IMG/VR virus record: IMGVR_UViG_3300008120_010803
Location: 16,162-80,161 of that record
Length of the DNA stretch: 64,000 bases
Reading direction: 5' to 3' (one strand)
DNA from: a virus
A program made the translations under genes and the position numbers. This document shows, in pieces, positions 49,339 to 57,642 of the stretch. Positions within the stretch are counted from its first letter, which is position 1, and every line of letters begins with the position of its first letter. The notes under the pieces were generated by a model. The model was not told where the DNA came from. It searched no databases and saw nothing but the letters and a program-made list of their open reading frames with translations.

Positions 49339-50113
49339 TTAATCCTCCAAGAGTATTAGATATCAATAAAAAGTATTGTTTCATTTTCTTGCGAGTTTGA
49401 TCGTCAAGATTTGTATTGATTAGATTTGGGTCTGTGCCTAGCTTGGAATCCAAATAGTCACTAATCGAATCTCTGATTGGCTGAATTCTTCCCGGAGGCA
49501 TAGTTTTGAAAAGTATAGATTTATAAGCTCCAAGTAGATCGCCAACAGTCTTATGGTTTTTATTGTCGGCTTCAGTTGCCGAAAGAGAATAAACTGTAGC
49601 TAGTTTTTTAACATTCGAAACCTTATCAGATTCTTGCAGGCCTCCAAAAATACTTTTGATTGAACTCGAAAATCCCTCATCAACTAAATTGTCGTTATTG
49701 TTATTATTATTATTATTGTTATTATTGTTGTTATTGTTATTATTGTTGTTATTGTTATTATTATTGTTATTGTTATTATTGTTGTTATTGTTGTTGTTAT
49801 TATTTTCGTCTGGATTTCCAACTATTACCAATGTATAAGCTGGCAATGATGGTTTATTTTCTATGCTTGTGTATGCTAACACACGATATTTTCCGGGTTT
49901 AGCGCTGACAACGACTGTGGTTTTCTTATCAACCAATAAATTAGCTGGAAATATCGATAGTCCGGGATCAATTGCTACAAATTGAACAATTTCTCCTTTT
50001 GTGGTTGCTGTGATTGGAACAAAAACACCAACTTCGGCTTTAGTGCTTGGTGGCAAAGTAATATCTGCTTGCCCCAAACATAAAAAACACGATAATACTA
50101 ATGATGCAAACAT
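49331..50113 (-). CDS. exported protein with poly-Asn linker
   Basis: N-terminal signal-like peptide, beta domain (ITLPPS...PGKYRVLAY), 37 Asn, helical domain. Confidence 0.75.
   Translation of the reverse strand: MFASLVLSCFLCLGQADITLPPSTKAEVGVFVPITATTKGEIVQFVAIDPGLSIFPANLLVDKKTTVVVSAKPGKYRVLAYTSIENKPSLPAYTLVIVGNPDENNNNNNNNNNNNNNNNNNNNNNNNNNNNNNNNNNNNNDNLVDEGFSSSIKSIFGGLQESDKVSNVKKLATVYSLSATEADNKNHKTVGDLLGAYKSILFKTMPPGRIQPIRDSISDYLDSKLGTDPNLINTNLDDQTRKKMKQYFLLISNTLGGLNG
49694..49804 (-). repeat. (AAY)37 trinucleotide tract encoding poly-Asn
   Basis: 111 nt of mixed AAT/AAC codons. Confidence 0.95.
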
Positions 50114-50138
50114 AAAAATCTCCTATTCTATTATTCTA

Positions 50139-50573
50139 CTAGTCTTCTTTTGTATACTTATCAATAGCAGTTATGACGGCAGCAAGCATATCTGGGCCAT
50201 ACTTCTTGATTACATATGGCAGCAGTTTGGTGAAAAGAACTTTTACTAGCTCTTCGGGTAACCCTTGTACGGGGCTTCCCTTAAGAAGTTTTTCTAATTC
50301 CACTTCTTCATCAGATTCAGTCATGCCCATCTTTTTCTTTTCAGTAAATAAAGAAATAGCAAAGTCCAAAAATAGTGGTCCAAAAAGACGGAATAACTCA
50401 AGAATGAAAGGGACGCTGAATCCGCTCTTTAGACCTTCTACCATGGTGGACATAACATCTGGGCCATATTTTGAAATGATGTCGGCTACATCAGTTGGTG
50501 CCATGCCCATAGCAACTGCATCGCTTTGGACTTGGGTTTGTTCAGCCATCGACATTTGTGTTTTTGTTTCCAT
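50139..50573 (-). CDS. hypothetical protein with internal repeat (KYGPD x2)
   Basis: IISKYGPDVM / VIKKYGPDML amphipathic repeats; GGAG SD. Confidence 0.7.
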   Translation of the reverse strand: METKTQMSMAEQTQVQSDAVAMGMAPTDVADIISKYGPDVMSTMVEGLKSGFSVPFILELFRLFGPLFLDFAISLFTEKKKMGMTESDEEVELEKLLKGSPVQGLPEELVKVLFTKLLPYVIKKYGPDMLAAVITAIDKYTKED

Positions 50574-50602
50574 AGATTCTCCAAGGTAAGTGTGTTAGCT
50601 TA

Positions 50603-51226
50603 TTAATAGTATCTCTTTACTATTTCTAAAAGTTCTTGGTCGTTGCTAGGAACTGTTTGTGACAAAATAATTTTTCCAGAATCGTCTTCAACCACAAGCA
50701 ATGAATTTCCAGATACTTCTTGATATAATTCTCTAAATTTTGGTTGAGTTAATAATGGTGAAGATAAATCGTTGCAAACAAAATTAATTTTTTTATTTTG
50801 GTATATTGTATCAAAAAGATTTAATTTTTTATCTGATAGTGTTTTAAAATCAACAAATGCGTAAATTGTGGGTGGCTTTTTTTCAACTAATGGGAGTTTT
50901 TTGTCTTCGCCTTTGACTCTAATTTTAGTTGTTGCAAACTCTGTTGGCTTGCCTTCAATTATGCCGATAGCAATCACATCAACTGACCCGGATGATGGTA
51001 GTTGAATTGTAATTGTGTTTTTATTTTCTTCTATTGTATATTTTGTTTTGATATCGCTAGCAACAAGCCATTTTATAACACCTTGGCATTTTCCTTCGAT
51101 TGTGTGTGTTTTTTTGCTTGCGTCAAGTTCTACACTTGGAGGTAATTCTAAATCTTTTACCTTATTTTGTGCTGCAACTAGATTTACCCAAAGCAGGAAT
51201 GTCATTAATAAAAAAAATATTCTCAT
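50603..51226 (-). CDS. exported protein, paralogous N-domain to 49331..50113
   Basis: Signal peptide (..VAA/Q); LELPPS...IEGKPTEFATTKIRV parallels ITLPPS...IENKPSLPAYTLVIV. Confidence 0.7.
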   Translation of the reverse strand: MRIFFLLMTFLLWVNLVAAQNKVKDLELPPSVELDASKKTHTIEGKCQGVIKWLVASDIKTKYTIEENKNTITIQLPSSGSVDVIAIGIIEGKPTEFATTKIRVKGEDKKLPLVEKKPPTIYAFVDFKTLSDKKLNLFDTIYQNKKINFVCNDLSSPLLTQPKFRELYQEVSGNSLLVVEDDSGKIILSQTVPSNDQELLEIVKRYY

Positions 51227-51422
51227 GTTCGCTCCTGTCTCATGTTTATATATGGTATTGTTTCGAAACAGTTGTAAAAAATAAAATAAAAATTATTATT
51301 TCGAAGTTTGCACTATATTAATGCGCTGGGTGAGCCAGCATCTGTTCATTAAGTAATTTGTCTCCTTATTTCTGGTTGAAGTGTGGCCTATAATTTTTGT
51401 AGGCCACACTTTTTTTAATTAT

Positions 51423-52796
51423 ATGAACATCATCAAAAAATTTCTAGAACACGATGCTAAAAGTAAGATAACTATTAATGTTATCGGTGATCCGTTAATT
51501 GATGAGTACTACGATGTCGCTGTAAACAGAATTAGTCCAGAGTTTCCAATTCCTGTCTATAAAAGCGTTGATGAAAGTCCCATATCTGGAATGATACCGG
51601 GAGGGGCAGCAAATGTTGCGTTTCAGTTTAAGTATTTCAATGTGAATTTTGAATTGATTTGTTTGCTTTCTAATTTGGCACAAATAATTTATGATTCTAG
51701 GGGCATAAAAACAAATTATAGCAAAGTTGTCGGAAGCATTTCTATACCAAGCAAAAAGAGATTGTATTCGCAAAACATTCCAATTTGCCGGTGGGATTTT
51801 GAAAAAGAAAATTTTGGATTAGATGATATTAAAAAGCACTTGCTTGATTTGAACATTCCAGATAGCGACTTGAATGTTTTTTCTGATTACAACAAAGGAA
51901 TGTTTTCTTATCCTTGGTTTAGAAAATTTTTTAAAAAATCAAAATCTGTTGTTGATCCAAAAAACAGCAACATTGACTTATGGCAAGATTGTACAGTTTT
52001 CAAACCGAATTCTATTGAAGCAAAACAGTTAAGCGATAGAAAGAATTGGCATGATCAAATTGATTATTTTATGAATTCTCTCCGATGTGATTCAGTTGTA
52101 ATTACACAAGGTGGACAAGGTGTAGTTGGCAAAGAGGCTGATTATTTTGAATATAGATCGAAAAATTCTTTTTCTGATCCAAAAAGTGTTATAGGCGCTG
52201 GAGATTGTTTTTGTTGTTTTCTATCTATGGCATTAGCTAGAGGCTTTAGCATGAAAGATGCTTGCGAGATAGCCTTCGAAGCTGGTGCTATTTATGTTAA
52301 AAGAGAATTGAATAGACCGTTGAGCCCAGCGGAGTTGTGGCAAGCTACAGGTAGTAAAATTGTCACATGTCCTGATGTTTTGTTCAATCGCAATTTCAAA
52401 TTAGCTTTCACGAATGGATGTTTTGATTTGTTGCACGGGGGCCATCTATCGAGTTTGAAATATGCCTCTCAGCAGGGAGATAAACTTTGTGTTGCTATAA
52501 ATTCTGATGAAAGTGTTAGAAAGATAAAAGGGGAAAACAGACCAATTATGCAGTTGGCAGACAGGTTGGCTTTGCTAGAAAATTTGGAATTTGTTGATTA
52601 TATTATTGTGTTTGATGACGAAACACCAATTGAAATAATAAAATCAATAGAGCCGGATGTAATAGTAAAAGGTGCAGAATATGAGAATAAAGTTGTCATA
52701 GGCAGAGAGTTTTGCAAAGAAGTTCGTTTTGCGCCAACTTATGGCAACATGTCTACAACAAACATCATCACCAAGATAAAATCTCAGCAGGTATAG
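51423..52796 (+). CDS. hldE: bifunctional ADP-heptose synthase (kinase + adenylyltransferase)
   Basis: VIGD..IDEY, RISPEFP, GGAANVA, SDYNKG, VDPK, KPN, IGAGD, FTNGCFDLLHGGH, NSDESV, VKGAEY, STTNII. Confidence 0.95.
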   Translation: MNIIKKFLEHDAKSKITINVIGDPLIDEYYDVAVNRISPEFPIPVYKSVDESPISGMIPGGAANVAFQFKYFNVNFELICLLSNLAQIIYDSRGIKTNYSKVVGSISIPSKKRLYSQNIPICRWDFEKENFGLDDIKKHLLDLNIPDSDLNVFSDYNKGMFSYPWFRKFFKKSKSVVDPKNSNIDLWQDCTVFKPNSIEAKQLSDRKNWHDQIDYFMNSLRCDSVVITQGGQGVVGKEADYFEYRSKNSFSDPKSVIGAGDCFCCFLSMALARGFSMKDACEIAFEAGAIYVKRELNRPLSPAELWQATGSKIVTCPDVLFNRNFKLAFTNGCFDLLHGGHLSSLKYASQQGDKLCVAINSDESVRKIKGENRPIMQLADRLALLENLEFVDYIIVFDDETPIEIIKSIEPDVIVKGAEYENKVVIGREFCKEVRFAPTYGNMSTTNIITKIKSQQV

Positions 52797-53442
52797 GTTT
52801 TGATGGAGGTGTGATGCCAAGCCTGACAAGCTGACGGTTGACTTGTTTTACGATTTCTGCCCATGGAACTGAGTGTCCACCATCAAATGAAATAAGTTCA
52901 AGACCATATTTTTCTGCCAATTCTACAGAATCATCATATGGTACAGTCCAGTCCTTTTTGCCAGCTATGACAATAGTATCGTGAGGTAGTCTGCTTGGAT
53001 CAGCATGGAAGATTTTCCAAGCAGGGTTGCCTAAAACAACTTTGGCATTTGGATGCTGATCAATAATTTCCATAACCACAGCACCGCCTTGGCTAGTTCC
53101 AACAATTACATCCGGTTCAAATTCGTCAATTTCTTTATTGTGTTTTTCAACATTTGCAGCCATATGAGCCTTGCCAAGTTTTTCGGCCTTTTTTTGCAAG
53201 AACATTTTTGCCCAAGCATAGCGCTCAAATCTTCCTATGTACGCAGCTTTTCTACTTGTGAGGGTGCTTATCGCTTTACAGTCGTAGCCCATGTTGTTGA
53301 GAAATTTTGGTCCATCACCTGTGCTTGCCATGCCTGTGATCCATAAAACCTTGGGAGGCAATGATACTACTTCTGTGTCTTCAATAATATAATTTTCATT
53401 TAGTATTTTATGGTAGGAAACCCATTCTCTAAAGTTTAACAT
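52768..53442 (-). CDS. alpha/beta hydrolase with capsid-targeting-like leader
   Basis: GTSQGG nucleophile elbow, GKKDWTVP (Asp), GGHS (His); leader MLNFREW...ILNE. Confidence 0.85.
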   Translation of the reverse strand: MLNFREWVSYHKILNENYIIEDTEVVSLPPKVLWITGMASTGDGPKFLNNMGYDCKAISTLTSRKAAYIGRFERYAWAKMFLQKKAEKLGKAHMAANVEKHNKEIDEFEPDVIVGTSQGGAVVMEIIDQHPNAKVVLGNPAWKIFHADPSRLPHDTIVIAGKKDWTVPYDDSVELAEKYGLELISFDGGHSVPWAEIVKQVNRQLVRLGITPPSKPIPAEILSW

Positions 53443-53469
53443 TTTTACCTCAAAATATATAGATATAGT

Positions 53470-53868
53470 ATGTTTAATTTTTCAACTATGCGTTACGGCA
53501 ACTTCTGTGGTCCCGGACCATATGATGAGAAGGGATTTGCCAAGTCCCCAATCAACCCTGTGGATGCAGCATGTAAAACTCACGATATAGGCTATAGAGA
53601 CTGCGGTTTGATAGGACTCGATGCTGTCAAAGCAGCCTTACCCGGAAGCAAAAACCCATGTGCAATGCCTTATGATGTCACGCTAATCAAGGATTTAGAT
53701 GATGTTATCGAAGACCCTAAGACACCTATGGGACAAAAACAAGTCGCAAAAATAATTCGTGGATACTTTGGATTAAAAACCAAGATAGCGTTGCCATCCA
53801 AAAAATTAGATTTTGCTAATTGGTTAGTAAATAAAGAAACAGATGCAAAAAGTGAAGGGAATTCTTAA
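53470..53868 (+). CDS. phospholipase A2-like protein
   Basis: YGNFCGPG Ca-loop, PINPVDAACKTHDIGY catalytic HD, later D. Confidence 0.82.
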   Translation: MFNFSTMRYGNFCGPGPYDEKGFAKSPINPVDAACKTHDIGYRDCGLIGLDAVKAALPGSKNPCAMPYDVTLIKDLDDVIEDPKTPMGQKQVAKIIRGYFGLKTKIALPSKKLDFANWLVNKETDAKSEGNS

Positions 53869-54102
53869 ATGAAAAACTTTAAAGATTGGGTTCAAGAACA
53901 ATACCATGAAGATGCATCATTTTTTGATTTACAGGGCATGGCAAAAGCTTTGGGAGATATCGCAAAAAATCAAGCAGCCAAGGCAAATGCTCCAAAGCCA
54001 CCAGCGAAGCTTGATCCTAAAAATCAGCTTGCTATTGACAAATATGTTAGAGACCCAAGGCAAAAAAAGGTTCTTCAAAATCTTGTCATGGGAGCACAAT
54101 GA
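53869..54102 (+). CDS. small protein with capsid-targeting-like leader
   Basis: MKNFKDWVQEQYHE. Confidence 0.65.
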   Translation: MKNFKDWVQEQYHEDASFFDLQGMAKALGDIAKNQAAKANAPKPPAKLDPKNQLAIDKYVRDPRQKKVLQNLVMGAQ

Positions 54103-54260
54103 CATTTAAAGAATTTTTAGTTTTAAGTGAAAAGAATTTCAATAATCATGGTGGGGATAGAAGTACGCATCGTGCTTTGATTACTAGATCAAAGACTAAA
54201 CATGTGAGTCCACACTTCGGTCCTCTGTATAAAAAAAGAAAAAGCCTGTTTAAAATATAA
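54099..54260 (+). CDS. small basic protein (53 aa) with capsid-targeting-like leader
   Basis: Manual ORF MTFKEFLVLSE-KNFNNHGG...KKRKSLFKI; GGAG SD; ATGA coupling. Confidence 0.65.
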   Translation: MTFKEFLVLSEKNFNNHGGDRSTHRALITRSKTKHVSPHFGPLYKKRKSLFKI

Positions 54261-54409
54261 AATACGATATCAATTAATACCGATTGTAACATCTTGTTAC
54301 AATCTGTGTTCGTTGTTTTAATAAATACTTTTGGCACTCAGCAAGATTGGGCGAATGAAAAGATAGAAAAAATGAATTGATTGTTTTTAGCTCATGAGGG
54401 AGGCCGATT

Positions 54410-54685
54410 ATGGGAAATAGATTTGATTTTCCTTTTGATGATAGTTTTGATGATGATTCTGGCAAGAAAAAGAAAAAGGACATGCCTATAGAGGATCAAA
54501 TAATCATGGCACAGCAAGAGCAGACAGATATTCTCAGAAGCGATGTTGATGAGAAAATTTTACATGATGCAATATCTGTTGCTAGTAAAGATTGGCTATG
54601 GTCGTTTCGTACTACGAAAAACAAACTGACAATCATTAAGAAAATTTATTCGAATCTGAAAAAAATGGTAAACGAATTGTTTTAA
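54410..54685 (+). CDS. hypothetical protein
   Basis: 91 aa; GGAGG SD. Confidence 0.7.
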   Translation: MGNRFDFPFDDSFDDDSGKKKKKDMPIEDQIIMAQQEQTDILRSDVDEKILHDAISVASKDWLWSFRTTKNKLTIIKKIYSNLKKMVNELF

Positions 54686-54714
54686 TTAGTAACAATTATT
54701 TTTGTGTTTACTTT

Positions 54715-54749
54715 ATTAACCGAAGGCCGATGCCTTCGGTTAATTTTTT
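54715..54749 (+). terminator. hairpin / terminator
   Basis: ATTAACCGAAGGC-cgat-GCCTTCGGTTAAT plus T-run. Confidence 0.75.
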
Positions 54750-54758
54750 GGAGTAATT

Positions 54759-55088
54759 ATGCCAACATATAGTTTTGCCTGTTTGAAATGTAAAAAAGAA
54801 TACGACTCATTGACAAACTTTGATTCTTCTGGAAAATATAAAGATGTTGTTTGCCCATCCTGTGGGTCAAAGAGGAAGAAGCAACAAGTGACTTTCATTT
54901 CCAACATAAAATTTACTAATCCGAAAGATACAAGTAAATTTGATAACTTTGGTTATCGTGCTGGATATAATTTAGAACAAGCGCAAGACCTTCGCCGTAA
55001 AGCGGAGGAAGCGTCACATGTGGGTGGCCAACCATATCGTGAGATTGATGACATTCAAAGTGGTCAGTTCTTTGGAGAAGTTGAGTAA
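54759..55088 (+). CDS. FmdB-family zinc-ribbon protein
   Basis: MPTYSFACLKC...CPSCGS. Confidence 0.85.
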   Translation: MPTYSFACLKCKKEYDSLTNFDSSGKYKDVVCPSCGSKRKKQQVTFISNIKFTNPKDTSKFDNFGYRAGYNLEQAQDLRRKAEEASHVGGQPYREIDDIQSGQFFGEVE

Positions 55089-55112
55089 TTTTGCACATTT
55101 GAGGATTAAGAC

Positions 55113-56435
55113 ATGAGCAAACTCGAACAAGTAGCACAAAAATTTAACAAAACAGAATATGCAGCAATCAATGAAGAGATGTCTTTTCAAGAGTATCTCG
55201 AAAAGTGTTATGAAAATCCCAAGCTGATAAGAACTGCATATCAAAGACTTTATGATATGGTTGTCGCAAAAGGCACCAGAGAAGTCGAAAGATATCGCAA
55301 CATACTTACACATTACAACTTTTTTGACGATCTGGATATTCCTATTTTTGGTTTGGAGGAAACTCTAGACCGTTTTATGAAACATATTAAAGGTGCTGCT
55401 GGGTTTTACGGTACAGAAAAAAGAATTCTCTTGCTACATGGTCCTGTTGGTTCATCCAAGAGTACCATTTGCAGATTGCTTAAAAAAGGGTTAGAAAAAT
55501 ATAGTCGTACAAATGAGGGAGCTTGGTATTCTTTCAAGTGGGTCAATTTACCAACTGGACAAGATGGTATTTACACTTCCGATACTGACTGCTGCCCTAT
55601 GCATGAAGAGCCTTTGCGCTTGATGCCAGAGGATATGCGACAAGAGGTGCTAGCTGATCTCAACAAAATACACAGAGATCAAGCAGACCAAAAAGATTTG
55701 GCTACTTTGTATTCTTTGAATGTCGATGGAGAGCTTGACCCAAGGTGCAAGCTATTCATGCAAAGGCTTTTAAAGAAGTATGATGGTGATTGGCTTAAAG
55801 TCGTTACTAATCACATTCGTGTGATTCGCTTGACACATTCCGAAAGTGATAGAGTGGGAATTGCTACTTTCCAGCCGAAAGATGAAAAGAATCAAGATTC
55901 AACTGAACTGACTGGTGACATTAACTTCGCAAAAATCCCACATTTTGGAAGCGACTCCGATCCCAGAGCTTTCAGCTTTGATGGAGAGTTATGCGTTGGT
56001 AACCGTGGCGTTGTTGAATTTATTGAAATGCTCAAATTAGAGCAAGCTTTCCTATATGACCTTTTGGGTGCATCGCAAGAAAGACAAATCAAACCCAAAA
56101 AGTTTTCGCAGATTAGAGTTGATATGGCAATTCTTGGCCATACTAATCAACCTGAATTTGAAAAACTCAAAAACAATCCATTTATGGAAGCTTTGCGAGA
56201 CAGAACTGTTAAGATTGATGTCCCATATTTATTGAAGTGGGATGACGAAATTAAAGTTTTAGAACAAGACTACTCAAACGGCAAAGTTCGTCAGCATGTA
56301 GCACCTCATACTTTGGAGGTTGCTGCGCTGTGGGCAATTCTTACTCGACTTCAAGACGATAAGGACGGTAAGCTAAGTCTTGTAGAAAAAGCCGAGCTAT
56401 ACAATGATAAGATGCTCTTTGATGGATGGTCTTGA
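55113..56435 (+). CDS. prkA: PrkA/YeaG AAA+ serine kinase, N-terminal fragment
   Basis: LLHGPVGSSKST, CPMHEEPL, FQPKDEKNQD, SDPRAF, NRGVVEFIEMLK, EALRDR, APHTLE; stops prematurely. Confidence 0.92.
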   Translation: MSKLEQVAQKFNKTEYAAINEEMSFQEYLEKCYENPKLIRTAYQRLYDMVVAKGTREVERYRNILTHYNFFDDLDIPIFGLEETLDRFMKHIKGAAGFYGTEKRILLLHGPVGSSKSTICRLLKKGLEKYSRTNEGAWYSFKWVNLPTGQDGIYTSDTDCCPMHEEPLRLMPEDMRQEVLADLNKIHRDQADQKDLATLYSLNVDGELDPRCKLFMQRLLKKYDGDWLKVVTNHIRVIRLTHSESDRVGIATFQPKDEKNQDSTELTGDINFAKIPHFGSDSDPRAFSFDGELCVGNRGVVEFIEMLKLEQAFLYDLLGASQERQIKPKKFSQIRVDMAILGHTNQPEFEKLKNNPFMEALRDRTVKIDVPYLLKWDDEIKVLEQDYSNGKVRQHVAPHTLEVAALWAILTRLQDDKDGKLSLVEKAELYNDKMLFDGWS

Positions 56436-57027
56436 AAACCATAGTTTGATTACAAACAAAGACCAGATTAAACAGTATACTAACTGTATTACTTTGGCCA
56501 AGAATAAGCTTGATGAGATTCTGAAAGCGGAGGTTCAAAAAGCACTTGTGGGTGATGAGGAAGCAGTTGTTAGACTTTGTTCAAACTATATAGACAACTT
56601 GATGGCTTATATCAACAAGTCTAAAGTAAAGAATCCATATACTGGCCGTGAGGAGCAGCCTGATGAGCGACTGATGCGTAACATTGAAACAAAAATTGAT
56701 GTTGCTGAAAACGCAGTCGATGATTTCAGAAGAATGATTGCTGCTTTCATCGGTGAATTGAGCCACAAGAAGAAAACTTTTGCTTGGGACTCTTCTCCTT
56801 TACTGAAAAAAGCTTTCGAGATGAAGTTGTTTGAAGATACTAAAGATCATATTAAGTTATCTGCTTTGCATGTTTCTGGAAGTTCTGTTGTTGATCCGAA
56901 GATTCAGGAAAAGATTGATGCTATAATTGAGAGGATGAAAGAATATGGATACAACGAACAATCCGCAAGGGATGTTCTAGATTATGTTGGGTCCATATTT
57001 GCCCGTGGTGACTTAGCAGAAGAATAA
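56404..57027 (+). pseudogene. prkA: PrkA/YeaG C-terminal fragment in a different frame
   Basis: GLENHSLI, EVQKAL, NYIDNLMAY, PDERLMRNIE, GYNEQSARDVLDYVGSIFAR match the PrkA C-domain. Confidence 0.8.
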
Positions 57028-57036
57028 GGAGCAAAC

Positions 57037-57264
57037 ATGAGTGCAGCTAATTTGAAGAATCCTTGGTTGAATTCTGCCAAATCTAGGCAGTTGCTTGAAG
57101 ACCTCGATGAGCATATCATGAACGGATGGGCCTCTGATGCAACCTTGGGTGAGCTAATCAATAGCCTGCCCAACGAGCTACGAGACTTTTTCTTGAACAT
57201 GAAGTTCTCATCCCCGCTTGAGACAGATAAAGGCTTTGATCTGTCTTTTAACTCTGGAGAGTAA
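57037..57264 (+). CDS. hypothetical protein
   Basis: 75 aa; AAGGAG SD. Confidence 0.65.
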   Translation: MSAANLKNPWLNSAKSRQLLEDLDEHIMNGWASDATLGELINSLPNELRDFFLNMKFSSPLETDKGFDLSFNSGE

Positions 57265-57269
57265 TCAAA

Positions 57270-57623
57270 ATGTGGGCGTTTTTGTTGCTGACCTGTTTTA
57301 TTAATACAGCAGATTTACAAAAACGCCCACTTGATATTTTTAGTCAATTCGATTCAGAAAATTATCCAACTAAAACTTTTTCTGGCTATGTTGAATATGA
57401 CAAGAACATTTTAACACTTAGTCATATGCCAGTCGGAAAATTTCCGAATGCCGTCATGTATAAACATCAGTTAATTGTTACAAATCCACAACAAAAAGTT
57501 TTGCTAGATCGAGCAGAAAAACAAGAAAAAGCAGTAAAAGTAGTTGGTCAAATAACTAATATTCTTGGAAAGCAAGTCATAGTTGTTGATTCTGTCATAA
57601 TTTTAGAATTTAATTCAAATTAG
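57270..57623 (+). CDS. exported OB-fold-like hypothetical protein
   Basis: Signal-like N-terminus; KAVKVVGQI...VIVVDSV. Confidence 0.55.
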   Translation: MWAFLLLTCFINTADLQKRPLDIFSQFDSENYPTKTFSGYVEYDKNILTLSHMPVGKFPNAVMYKHQLIVTNPQQKVLLDRAEKQEKAVKVVGQITNILGKQVIVVDSVIILEFNSN

Positions 57624-57642
57624 AAGCGAAAGGGTAAAAATA

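Noticed and set aside
49656-49902. Plus-strand ORFs with poly-Leu and Tyr/Cys runs
   Set aside because: Shadow frames of the poly-Asn tract on the minus strand.
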